NCBI GenBank assembly: GCA_964635955.1
Contig: CAZWQW010000001.1
Span: 95,491 to 143,574, forward strand
DNA: 48,084 bases
Direction of reading: 5' to 3'
DNA from: an uncultured bacterium
GTDB lineage: Bacteria > Latescibacterota > MWCZ01
The translations under genes and the position numbers were made by a program. Shown here in pieces: positions 36,053-44,751 of the stretch; positions within the stretch are counted from its first letter, which is position 1, and every line of letters starts with the position of its first letter. Below the pieces are notes generated by a model. It made no database searches. It saw nothing but the letters and a program-made list of their open reading frames with translations, and was not told the DNA's origin.

Positions 36053-36820
36053 TCACTCAATCGTACGATTCCGCGTTTTTCGTTCGTCGATTACCGCTGC
36101 AAGTTCGTCAGGCCAATTCGTTGTCATACCGTCAACACCGATTCCCACAAGCCTACGCATTTCCGGACCACGATCATCACCGAGTCCCCAACATCGAACG
36201 AGTAATCCGGCAGCATGCGCAGCCTTCACAACCTCGCCATCTGTGCGGTTAGCGACCGGCCCGAAGGTATCAACACCCGCTTCGACGCATCGTTCAATCG
36301 CGTCCGATACCGATACATCGTGCAACCGTGTCAGGTACGTTGTCCGCCAATTCGGCGCAATCTGCCGAACACGAACAATCGTTTCCCATTCGAACGCCGA
36401 AGCCGCGGTCCACGATATGGCGTTTCTTCGTTCAACAACGTCGAGGATCTCGTCCACTCGCTCCGTGTCGCATTTCAACTCGACGACGATTTGCGCTCGG
36501 CCACGTACCGTATCAAGCAATTCGTCGAGCGAGGGCACTCGTTCACCAACGAACGTCGCCTCCTTCCAAGAACCTGCGTCAAGCGCACGAACATGACTCC
36601 ACGCAAGGTCGGATACCACCCCTGTACCGTTCGTGGTTCGATCTACGGTCGCATCGTGAATCACAACAGGCACACCGTCTGATGTCAGCCGTACGTCGCA
36701 TTCCAGCCATCGACATCCAAGTTCGATCGCCTTTTCGAACGCGAGTAACGTGTTCTCGGGATACCGCCCGCTGTATCCTCGGTGCGCAATATTCATAAAC
36801 TCGTCGTTCGACACGCTCAC
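36053..36820 (-). CDS. Glycerophosphodiester phosphodiesterase (GDPD family)
   Basis: NIAHRGYSGRYPENTLLAFEKAIELG, ECDVRLTSDGVPVVIHDATVDRTTNG. Confidence 0.88.
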   Translation of the reverse strand: MSVSNDEFMNIAHRGYSGRYPENTLLAFEKAIELGCRWLECDVRLTSDGVPVVIHDATVDRTTNGTGVVSDLAWSHVRALDAGSWKEATFVGERVPSLDELLDTVRGRAQIVVELKCDTERVDEILDVVERRNAISWTAASAFEWETIVRVRQIAPNWRTTYLTRLHDVSVSDAIERCVEAGVDTFGPVANRTDGEVVKAAHAAGLLVRCWGLGDDRGPEMRRLVGIGVDGMTTNWPDELAAVIDERKTRNRTIE

Positions 36821-36843
36821 GCGGTACTCCTATCTACTTCTAT

Positions 36844-37170
36844 CTATTTCGTCGATTCATCTTCGGTCGCTGCGGAATCGCGCGATTCAACCGTGCTTTC
36901 GGATGATTTCGTCGTGTTCTCCGACTCGGAGCTATCATCGGTGCGAGTCCGATTTCGTGACGCGTTCATTCGCTTCGCCTTCGGGAGGTCGCGCGTCGCA
37001 TCATCCGAGACACTATTAAGTTCGTCGGTAATCCCACGCATCTCGCGTTTGAACTCGCGTAATCCTCGTCCGAGACCTCGCGCAACATCGGGTAAACGCT
37101 TCGACCCAAACACGAGAAACACCACAAGGAGTATGATGATCATCTCCCAAGAGCCGACATTCGGCAGCAT
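36844..37170 (-). CDS. tatA: Twin-arginine translocase subunit TatA/E with an acidic Ser/Thr-rich tail
   Basis: WEMIIILLVVFLVFGSKRLPDVARGLGRGLREFK. RBS AGGAGA. Confidence 0.88.
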   Translation of the reverse strand: MLPNVGSWEMIIILLVVFLVFGSKRLPDVARGLGRGLREFKREMRGITDELNSVSDDATRDLPKAKRMNASRNRTRTDDSSESENTTKSSESTVESRDSAATEDESTK

Positions 37171-37176
37171 TCTCTC

Positions 37177-37974
37177 CTACCTTTCCGGTATTCGCCATAT
37201 ACGGCGAAATAACAAAACCGCTCCCGCCGCGGCGACATTGAGCGATTCGACAGAGCCACACATGGGAATTCGCACGTCAATCGCGCCTGCGTCACGCCAA
37301 TCCGAGCTGATACCTTCCGCTTCTCCGCCCAACACGAGTGCTACCGAATCGTGCCCCGCGAGTGCACCGACCGCGTCCGCACCCTGAAGCGATGTCGTGA
37401 CTATCGGAAGCCCGACATTCCCGCACAAACGAACGATCTCTGATGTTTCCGATACCACGCACGTAGGCAACCGGAAATAGGCGCCCATACTTCCGCGTAC
37501 GACTTTCGGATTCGACATCTCGACCGTGCCGCGTGTAGCTATAACACCGCGCGCACCCGCTGCTTCTGCGGTCCGAAGTAGCGTACCGACATTCCCCGGG
37601 TCGCGGACCGCGTCGAGAATGAGCACGTCACCGACTCCGTTTGCTTCCACATCCTCGACCGTCCATTCCGGTTGCTCGACAATCGCGACAACACCTTGCG
37701 GTGTCTGCGTATCACTAAGGCTCAGCAACTCCTCTGCAGTCACTTCGGCGCACGGTATGTTCGCGCTCGATGCGCGTGTCACGAGTGTGTCAAGTCGCGA
37801 TCCAGCTTCTGTTGGAAGATGATAGAGTTGTCGGACTTGTACATCCGCTTCGAGCGCATCCTCGATCAAACGCACACCTTCGATAAGTAACTCGCCAGAC
37901 GAAACCCGACCTTTTCGGGTACGGAGCGATTGGGCGCGTTTCCGGTGCGGAATCATCTTACTCGTTTTCTCCAC
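37177..37974 (-). CDS. TrmH/SpoU-family RNA 2'-O-methyltransferase (RlmB-like)
   Basis: LVLGGEAEGIS and IPMCGSVESLNVAAAGAVLLF. The start is either GTG 37974 or ATG 37956. Confidence 0.82.
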   Translation of the reverse strand: MEKTSKMIPHRKRAQSLRTRKGRVSSGELLIEGVRLIEDALEADVQVRQLYHLPTEAGSRLDTLVTRASSANIPCAEVTAEELLSLSDTQTPQGVVAIVEQPEWTVEDVEANGVGDVLILDAVRDPGNVGTLLRTAEAAGARGVIATRGTVEMSNPKVVRGSMGAYFRLPTCVVSETSEIVRLCGNVGLPIVTTSLQGADAVGALAGHDSVALVLGGEAEGISSDWRDAGAIDVRIPMCGSVESLNVAAAGAVLLFRRIWRIPER

Positions 37975-39025
37975 ATCGCTTCAATGCACCGCGAGCTTCC
38001 GAAATGGCTGTAACAAACCCCTTTTGCGCGTCACTTGGCGGAATATAAGTGGCTGCTTCTCGCAGATACGGCAACGCCTCATTACACCGTCCGAGTTCCG
38101 ACAATATCACACCCAGCTTCCCGATTGCCGTGTAACGACCCGGGCATTCTGAGAGTTCAGGTTCATATGCACTAATCAGGTCGCGGTACGCATCCAGCGC
38201 GGATGCCTTTCGGTCGAGTGCATACAACGCTTCCGCTCGCACTTGGAGAATCGACCGGTTTCGCGGGTATTTTTCCAGCAACGAATCCGCAAGCGTCAAC
38301 GCCTCTTCGTACCGCCCGTCTACGTGCAACGCCCACATGAGTATGTTCTGTGCTGAGATTGATGTTGTATAACCTGCTTCCGAAGCTATCCGCAGCTCCT
38401 GAAGGCCTTGCTCCCGCGTGTCATCCACAAACGGGATCCAACTCCACTTCGCGACGGCTCGGCCACGCCAAAAATGATACGCGCCAAGAGGTAAGAGCGC
38501 ATCGGCGATCTCCGGAGCCTTTCGACGTACGTCATCCAACGCCGAGAGACTTCGACGACTGATTTTCCACGCTTCGAACGGTCGGCCTCGGTCAAGCATA
38601 TCAACAGATTGGAAGCCCAGTGCAAGACCGAGCATATACTGCGCCCAAACGTCGGTTTCATTGAGCCGCAGTCGTTCATTCGCTCGTTCTACCGCGCCGT
38701 TAAGTGCGGCGACAATCGCTGTCTCGTCCAGGAACCCTTCGCAACCGAAATGTTTCGCTTGTAGCGCCACGGCGCGAGCATAATACCCGGTCGGGTCATC
38801 CGGCCAACGTAGGACGTACTCACGTGCAAGACTTTCGGCGACCGCGTGTTCCGCCTGATGACTTTTCTCCTGAATCTCAAGGAGCATCGAGCGTCGTACT
38901 GCGGGCAAACCGAAATCGAGATCGCGAATCTCCTTCGCGTCGTTCATAAGATCCTGCGCAATGCTCGTTGAGTATACGAGACAGAGCACGGTGTACACGT
39001 AGACACATTTTCTTCGCAGCATCAT
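37958..39025 (-). CDS. Secreted TPR-repeat protein
   Basis: I chose the start at MMLRRKCVYVYTVLCLVYSTSIAQ (signal peptide). C-terminal TPRs include RYEEALTLADSLLEKYPRN and ASALDAYRDLISAYEPE. The track ORF extends to 39205. Confidence 0.7.
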   Translation of the reverse strand: MMLRRKCVYVYTVLCLVYSTSIAQDLMNDAKEIRDLDFGLPAVRRSMLLEIQEKSHQAEHAVAESLAREYVLRWPDDPTGYYARAVALQAKHFGCEGFLDETAIVAALNGAVERANERLRLNETDVWAQYMLGLALGFQSVDMLDRGRPFEAWKISRRSLSALDDVRRKAPEIADALLPLGAYHFWRGRAVAKWSWIPFVDDTREQGLQELRIASEAGYTTSISAQNILMWALHVDGRYEEALTLADSLLEKYPRNRSILQVRAEALYALDRKASALDAYRDLISAYEPELSECPGRYTAIGKLGVILSELGRCNEALPYLREAATYIPPSDAQKGFVTAISEARGALKRCGENE

Positions 39026-39213
39026 ACCGCATAAGATGCCCGTAGATGCTCCCCAACGCAAGGAATCTTCTGCAGATCGTTCGCCACCCTTTTGGTTCAA
39101 TCGTCCGGGAGCGACATTCTCACTATGGAGGGACGCGAGGAGTAAACGTACGGCAGGTTCACCCCATTTATTCTCGGTGGACACCTCATCAGCATTAACT
39201 CGCAACGAACCGC

Positions 39214-39852
39214 ATGCGTAAACCTCTCACCAGACGTCAAGAGGAGATCTACCTCTTCATCGTGGAAGAGATTCGCGAAAGAGGTATGCCTCCGACGATT
39301 CGAGAGATCGGTGACAGATTCGGTATGCGGTCGTCGAACGGCGCCCGGGAAGCCCTGAACGCGATCGTTCGAAAGGGATACATTCGGCGACACGATCGAC
39401 TGTCTCGTGGTATCGAACTGGTCGATCCGATACCAGAGTCAAGCCAACGGACGAATGGTCGACAAGTTCCAATCATCGAGGCTTTCCCCGACCGCGAATC
39501 GGATCTTCGCCACGCGACCGTACGAAGACACCTCACCGTTGACTCCGCCTTCTTACCCACAGACGGAGAGGTATTCGCAGTCCGGATCGTTGACAACCTC
39601 CTTACGGATTTCGGTATGCAGCGGGGTGATTACGCGGTCGCATGTGCTCGCGAGCCGTATAACGACGAGTGTTTTGTCGTGACAATCATCGGATATCGAC
39701 CCGTCGTCAGACGGTACCGATCTCGAAACGGGAGCGTCTCCGCTCCAATAGGAAACGGAGGTCCTCACACCACCCTTCCGTGCGACCTTCGCTCTGATGC
39801 GCGAACAATCGGCGAAGTATGCACGCTGATCCGCGCATTGGGGCGTGAATAA
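39214..39852 (+). CDS. lexA: LexA-family repressor homolog with a degenerate S24 self-cleavage apparatus
   Basis: The N-terminal wHTH LTRRQEEIYLFIVEEIRERGMPPTIREIGDRFGMRSSNGAREALNAIVRKGYI is collinear with E. coli LexA. The C-terminal half aligns but lacks Ala-Gly, Ser and Lys. Confidence 0.75.
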   Translation: MRKPLTRRQEEIYLFIVEEIRERGMPPTIREIGDRFGMRSSNGAREALNAIVRKGYIRRHDRLSRGIELVDPIPESSQRTNGRQVPIIEAFPDRESDLRHATVRRHLTVDSAFLPTDGEVFAVRIVDNLLTDFGMQRGDYAVACAREPYNDECFVVTIIGYRPVVRRYRSRNGSVSAPIGNGGPHTTLPCDLRSDARTIGEVCTLIRALGRE

Positions 39853-39979
39853 GTCCTAACTTGGTATCACACCCCGGAATACCTATCTTCCGAGTCGACC
39901 ACATGGGTATTAAAACGAACTCTAAGTGAGTAACAACCTCGATTCCGCGCGCTAATCCCGGACCGAGGAGACTCTCGTT

Positions 39980-41206
39980 ATGTCTAAAACTTCAGGGCGG
40001 ACATCATTCCGATTCGAAATCGGCGTCGTAATCATAACGACGATTGTGCTTTTCATCACCATTACGGCTCTCGTCTATGTTTCTGCGTCGTTTACCTCGA
40101 TCAATATCCCAACAGATAGCAGCACCGTAGCCGTATTACTGATCGCCCTGTTCGCGATCTGCTTCGTTGCCTTGTGGATCGCCACATTCGCTTTACATAG
40201 ACGGCACAATACACACCTAACGCGTATCGCGGACGATCTCGATACCTTACGTCTCGGCAACGGCGCTGTTTCGCTCGATGCGGCGGAGATCGGACCGCCG
40301 CTCGCCACAGCGTTCGATACCTTGACGCTCAATTTCGCAGAGATCAATCGAATTCTTCTCCGAGCGATCAACGAGATCGACTCGACTGCAGGCGACATCA
40401 CTCAATCATCAAACGTTGCCTCGACAGAATTAACAGAATGCGTTACACGCCTCACCGACGCAGAACGGTCCGAAAAGTCGCTGGCCTCTGAAATGTCAAA
40501 CATCATCATCGAGTTCGATTCGATAGTACAAGCGGAACACAAGACATTAGCGTCCGCGCAGAAAGGAAATGAGCTCGTCGCGCGCCTTATCGATCTGCTG
40601 AACCGTCTCGACGACTCAACACGACTCACCTCTCAACACGTCGCCGCATATGTCGATCGTTCAGAGGAGATCAACGACCTTGTCGATGCGATCCAGTCGA
40701 CTGCGTCGAAAACAAACCTGCTCGCTCTAAACGCCGCAATAGAAGCAGCGCGCGCGGGCGACGCGGGGCACGGGTTCGGCATCGTCGCTGAAGAGATACG
40801 AAGTCTCGCTGATCACACGACGCAAATCGCAGATGGTATCTCGGCGATTCTCGAACAACAGCGAGCAGAAACAGTCGATTCCAGATTGCTTCTCGAACAA
40901 ATCGCAGACGACCTTGGCGGCAGTATCGCGCATGCCAACGATTCTCAACGGTTATTGGGAGACGTCGAGCGAAATGTGACCGGTACCCTTGAGCGGGTAA
41001 AGCGCAACGAAGAAGCGGCGCGCGACCAGTTGACAGCAACGAACGCGATCGTCGGGAATCTGACATCGATCGCGCGTGCCATCGAGCACGAGGTTGAACA
41101 ATCGCAACAATCGACAAAGCACGCGGACAATCTACGAGCAGTATCGGAACGTCTTGGTAGATTGGCGCAAACCTCTGAAGGCAACTATAACCCATCAACC
41201 GATTAG
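39980..41206 (+). CDS. Methyl-accepting chemotaxis protein-like transducer without a periplasmic sensor domain
   Basis: Two TMs are separated by a ~10-aa loop. The signalling hairpin tip is [35 protein letters not shown]. 408 aa. Confidence 0.85.
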   Translation: MSKTSGRTSFRFEIGVVIITTIVLFITITALVYVSASFTSINIPTDSSTVAVLLIALFAICFVALWIATFALHRRHNTHLTRIADDLDTLRLGNGAVSLDAAEIGPPLATAFDTLTLNFAEINRILLRAINEIDSTAGDITQSSNVASTELTECVTRLTDAERSEKSLASEMSNIIIEFDSIVQAEHKTLASAQKGNELVARLIDLLNRLDDSTRLTSQHVAAYVDRSEEINDLVDAIQSTASKTNLLALNAAIEAARAGDAGHGFGIVAEEIRSLADHTTQIADGISAILEQQRAETVDSRLLLEQIADDLGGSIAHANDSQRLLGDVERNVTGTLERVKRNEEAARDQLTATNAIVGNLTSIARAIEHEVEQSQQSTKHADNLRAVSERLGRLAQTSEGNYNPSTD

Positions 41207-41314
41207 GTACACGAGCTCCTCTCACGAAGGCGCATCGACCTGTGCCGTTGTTTTTGTACACGCTCTACCTTATGTCGTTTCCAACGGATTCAGTCGCGAG
41301 AAGAAGGCCATACC

Positions 41315-42511
41315 ATGTCTGAACAAACACGCGCACAGAAAACCGCAGTCCGAGTCAACGCGAGTGCGCAACGTCGCCTCGAAAGCGGCCATCAATGGGT
41401 CTTCAGCAACGAGGTGCTTGACAAACTGCCGGAGTATGAGTCAGGGCAACTCGTTACGATCGCGACGAACAACGGACGCACCATCGCTGAAGGATATGTC
41501 AACCCACACACACTAATCGCTGTGCGAGCACTTGCTGGTCCAGAAGAGATGATTGATGAACGCTTCTTCCGCGAACGAATCATTGGCGCAGATATGTGGC
41601 GACGCGCACTGTATCCCGAATTACGGACGTACCGCGTGATCCATGGAGAAGCGGACGGTCTTTCCGGTCTCGTTGTCGATCGGTATGCTGATCATTTGAG
41701 TGTGCAGGTACTCACCGCCGGTATGGAGCGTCTTCAACCATTATGGCTTCCGATCCTCGAAGAGCATTTCAAACCTCGCGCGATTATCGCACGTAACGAT
41801 ACGGCGTTCCGTCAATACGAAAACCTGTCGGAAGCAGTAACCGTGCTTTCCGGCTCACCTGCGGACACAGTCGACGTTGAGGAACACGGTGTAAGATTTC
41901 TCGTTGACGTACGTGGCGGTCAAAAAACGGGCTTATTCCTCGATCAAAAGGACAATCGACGCGCTTTGAGTTCGTTCGCGAAAGACGCCACGGTACTCGA
42001 CACGTTCTGTTACGTTGGCGGATGGGGACTCTCCGCGGCGAAGGCTGGTGCAGCCTCGGTCGTCGGTGTCGATTCTTCCGAGTCTGCACTCACGGCTGCG
42101 CGAGAAAACGCTCGAGTGAATGGCGTATCCGACCGGTGCTCCTTCGAGCGTGCGGATGTGTTCGATGCACTTCGCGAGTTTTCCGCTGAAGGACGCGAGT
42201 TCGACATCGTAGTCGTCGATCCACCGGCATTCGCGAAACGACGTTCGCAGATCCCTCAAGCGAAAAAAGGTTACCGTGATATCAATATCCAAGCGCTCAA
42301 ACTCGTAAAGCCAGGCGGTATCTTGGCGACGTGTACATGCAGTCACCACGTATCGTCAGATCAATTCCGGAACCTCGTAGTTCAAGCGGGTCGCGCAGCC
42401 GGTCGCACGCTTCGTCTCATCGAAGCACGAGGCGCGGCGGCCGACCATCCCGTGCTTCTTTCCATGCGCGAAACCGAGTATCTGACGTGTCTGTTACTGC
42501 AGGCGATGTAG
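41315..42511 (+). CDS. rlmI: PUA-domain class I SAM-dependent rRNA (cytosine-C5) methyltransferase (RlmI-like)
   Basis: N-terminal PUA-like RLESGHQWVFSNEV, GLFLDQKDNR, VLDTFCYVGGWG and VVVDPPAFAK. Confidence 0.82.
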   Translation: MSEQTRAQKTAVRVNASAQRRLESGHQWVFSNEVLDKLPEYESGQLVTIATNNGRTIAEGYVNPHTLIAVRALAGPEEMIDERFFRERIIGADMWRRALYPELRTYRVIHGEADGLSGLVVDRYADHLSVQVLTAGMERLQPLWLPILEEHFKPRAIIARNDTAFRQYENLSEAVTVLSGSPADTVDVEEHGVRFLVDVRGGQKTGLFLDQKDNRRALSSFAKDATVLDTFCYVGGWGLSAAKAGAASVVGVDSSESALTAARENARVNGVSDRCSFERADVFDALREFSAEGREFDIVVVDPPAFAKRRSQIPQAKKGYRDINIQALKLVKPGGILATCTCSHHVSSDQFRNLVVQAGRAAGRTLRLIEARGAAADHPVLLSMRETEYLTCLLLQAM

Positions 42512-42532
42512 CGTAACGCCAGTTTCCCGGAC

Positions 42533-42561
42533 TTGGCAGATATGAAATGCGCGCCTATATT
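42533..42561 (+). promoter_or_regulatory. Sigma-70-like promoter for tRNA-Glu
   Basis: TTGGCA (42533-42538), 17-nt spacer, TATATT (42556-42561). It lies 22 nt upstream of the mature tRNA 5' end. Confidence 0.5.
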
Positions 42562-42583
42562 AAGTGTCTATATGCGATACGAC

Positions 42584-42656
42584 GGCGCATTCGTCTAGTG
42601 GCCTAGGACGCTGGCCTCTCACGCCGGTAACACGGGTTCGACTCCCGTATGCGCCA
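42584..42656 (+). tRNA. tRNA-Glu (anticodon CUC)
   Basis: The 73-nt cloverleaf was folded by hand. Acceptor GGCGCAT/ATGCGCC, D-arm GTCT-AGTGGCCTA-GGAC, anticodon stem CTGGC/GCCGG with loop CT-CTC-AC, T-arm ACGGG-TTCGACT-CCCGT. CCA is not encoded. Confidence 0.9.
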
Positions 42657-42660
42657 TTCA

Positions 42661-42697
42661 CGCCTCGGAGCTGTTTCGGCAGCACCGAGGCGTTTTT
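42661..42697 (+). terminator. Rho-independent terminator after tRNA-Glu
   Basis: CGCCTCGG (42661-68) pairs with CCGAGGCG (42685-92), followed by TTTTT. Confidence 0.8.
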
Positions 42698-42857
42698 CTG
42701 TAACCGGTTGATACAACCCCGGGTATAGTACCTTACTTCGTCTTTTCCACCGCGACGCCCACCAACATCATCTTCGATAACTGTCTCTCCGGCAGTTTCG
42801 TATACTTTACTCCGTAAACTATCCTGATCATGCCAACTCAGAGCGAGGCGTTGAGTA

Positions 42858-43148
42858 ATGAGAGTCGACGATCTCGTCAAAGCCAAACGATCGGACATTA
42901 TGCGCGTCGCCGAGCCTCACGGCGCACGCAGCATTCGAGTTTTCGGATCGATTGCACGCGGAACGGCTGACGATCAAAGCGATATTGACTTTCTTGTCGA
43001 AATGGAGCCCGGTCGAAGTCTGTTCGACATGGGTGGACTCGTCATGGATCTCCGAGACCTTCTCGGACGCGATGTCGACGTGGTAACAGAACGCGGACTC
43101 AAACCGCGAATTCGGAATCGCGTTATTCGTGAGGCGATCCCGCTGTGA
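42858..43148 (+). CDS. MNT-type nucleotidyltransferase (antitoxin of HEPN/MNT modules)
   Basis: 96 aa. VFGSIARGTADDQSDIDFLV matches the GSxxRG...DxD minimal nucleotidyltransferase motif. Confidence 0.85.
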   Translation: MRVDDLVKAKRSDIMRVAEPHGARSIRVFGSIARGTADDQSDIDFLVEMEPGRSLFDMGGLVMDLRDLLGRDVDVVTERGLKPRIRNRVIREAIPL

Positions 43149-43248
43149 GATAGATACCGATATTGTCTGGGATGCCATACACAAAGATCTACCTGAACTC
43201 AAACGGCAGATCGAAAGCGCGCTCGATTCGTCAAACGGTTCAGATTAG
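43129..43248 (+). pseudogene. C-terminal remnant of a HEPN (DUF86/HepT-like) toxin gene
   Basis: Frame +1 reads ..EIDTDIVWDAIHKDLPELKRQIESALDSSNGSD*, which resembles the last helix of DUF86 proteins. At most ~40 codons are open (stop at 43084-86), and no Rx4-6H motif is present. Confidence 0.5.
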
Positions 43249-43269
43249 GCCACACTCCCTCGCCTACGA

Positions 43270-44571
43270 TCACACAACTCTCCGCGTCTCAGCTTTTGCC
43301 ATTTGGATCTCGTGAATCATACGATGCGCCCGTGCCAACTCATTCGCAAACAGTGGCAACCGATGCTTCCCTGTATGCGGATCAATTACGCGCATCGGTG
43401 TACGAAATAACCCCGATAATTCCACACGCATGTCACCGTCTGGCACGTCGGATTGGTCGATTGAGTCGACTCTCCAACGAAGTCGCTCCAAAAGCGTATT
43501 CCCGACTCGGAACAAGTCACGCCAATCCCACGTCATCGCGATAGCATACGCCATAGACTCGCAACCTCCGGCGAGCGTGTCGAGCGCCACGCTGAGAGAG
43601 GATTTCGTGAAATCGGAGGCTCGCTCAAGATCACGCCGATTTGCCGGATTCCCTTTCCGCGCCATGACCACATCACTCGAGAGTCGCGCGAAACTGATCC
43701 GCCACCGCGAAACCACCTCCGGCTCCGTCGCAGCATTGACGACGCGATCGAATATGCTCTGCACAGGTATGGTAACCGGTAGATCGCTGACATCGGTATG
43801 TGGCACCTTTGGCAGGTGTATCTCGAGTGGCTGGAGCAGGTCGACACGCGACTCATACGTATCGCCGAGTTCAAGGTCGCGAAGGCGTCGCGCTCGAAGA
43901 TGAGCTGCCTCACCGAGTTGATCGGATAGACTCCGTTTCGTACCGCGGTATTCCGTCCATTCATCGCGAAAAATCCGATTCATCGTCTCGTCGAAGAGTT
44001 CGAGGTCGACCTCGTAAAGCCGATAGACAAACCATTCCCACATCGCGTCATCATATTCAAACGCTGTCGGCAGCGCGTCTATCTTCGTCGCAATTACGGT
44101 GAATTCCCCGGGTGTATGCTCTGGACATACATCCAGATGCGGGCCGAGTACCGTTGCGAGAAACGCCGGATCGAGCGTTCGAATGCGATCCGCGAGCGTA
44201 TCGTCCGGTAACGACATGAGCCATTCGAACCAGTCGAGAACCGCGTCCTCGTCCGGTTCGTCTCCGTTCCAGACGGCGAAGTCCATCACACCGCGGAGCT
44301 GTTCCGGTGTTGCCACCGCGAGTAACGATTGTACACGCGAATTGATATCTTCGTGACTTACGAGAACATACAGGTCAGGGACACTCAACGCTTCGACGAG
44401 CGGTCGCGCGTCATCGAGCAGCGTGATAATGTCGTACCGGTGCTCTACCGAAGCTGAACGCACCAGATCGACTTGGTCTGATCTTTCGATAGCCTTGAAT
44501 CGACTCGATGCCTCGATTCGATTCGCGGAGACTGCGGAAATGAGAGTGTGTACATTGAAGGATTCGTTCAT
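43270..44571 (-). CDS. Hypothetical 433-aa helical-repeat protein (possibly DUF6178-like, from memory only)
   Basis: I chose the ATG at 44571, 7 nt after GGAGG. The track ORF starts at 44601. The sequence is acidic, Trp-rich and helical, with no TM and no catalytic motif I can recognise. Confidence 0.75.
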   Translation of the reverse strand: MNESFNVHTLISAVSANRIEASSRFKAIERSDQVDLVRSASVEHRYDIITLLDDARPLVEALSVPDLYVLVSHEDINSRVQSLLAVATPEQLRGVMDFAVWNGDEPDEDAVLDWFEWLMSLPDDTLADRIRTLDPAFLATVLGPHLDVCPEHTPGEFTVIATKIDALPTAFEYDDAMWEWFVYRLYEVDLELFDETMNRIFRDEWTEYRGTKRSLSDQLGEAAHLRARRLRDLELGDTYESRVDLLQPLEIHLPKVPHTDVSDLPVTIPVQSIFDRVVNAATEPEVVSRWRISFARLSSDVVMARKGNPANRRDLERASDFTKSSLSVALDTLAGGCESMAYAIAMTWDWRDLFRVGNTLLERLRWRVDSIDQSDVPDGDMRVELSGLFRTPMRVIDPHTGKHRLPLFANELARAHRMIHEIQMAKAETRRVV

Positions 44572-44639
44572 AGAGGTTCCTCCGCCGCGAGAGACATCCA
44601 ATCGGAGGAATATACAAGGAATTCTATCATCGGAAAGCG

Positions 44640-44751
44640 TTGTTATACCGAGCTTTATATCGTATATTTAACTCACGAACGTGAGCGAGTAATACGCTAC
44701 GTAAACGCCCGCCAATCCGTGCGACTACGCAGGATCAGCGGGCGTATTTTT
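44640..44751 (+). ncRNA. Candidate small RNA unit: promoter, 5' palindrome and intrinsic terminator, all plus-oriented
   Basis: TTGTTA (44640-45), 17-nt spacer, TATATT (44663-68). Palindrome CTCACGAACGTGAG (44672-85). Stem ACGCCCGC (44705-12) / GCGGGCGT (44738-45), then ATTTTT. Both flanking genes are on the minus strand. Confidence 0.3.

Noticed and set aside
39026-39205. A 60-codon N-terminal extension of the TPR protein reaching almost to lexA.
   Set aside because: A clean signal peptide begins at the internal Met-Met (39025). The extension would consume the whole divergent promoter region.
41207-41260. A terminator after the MCP gene, GGCGCA-TCGACC-TGTGCC followed by GTTGTTTTTG.
   Set aside because: The stem is only 6 bp with one mismatch, and the U-tract is interrupted. 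This is too weak to call as a feature.
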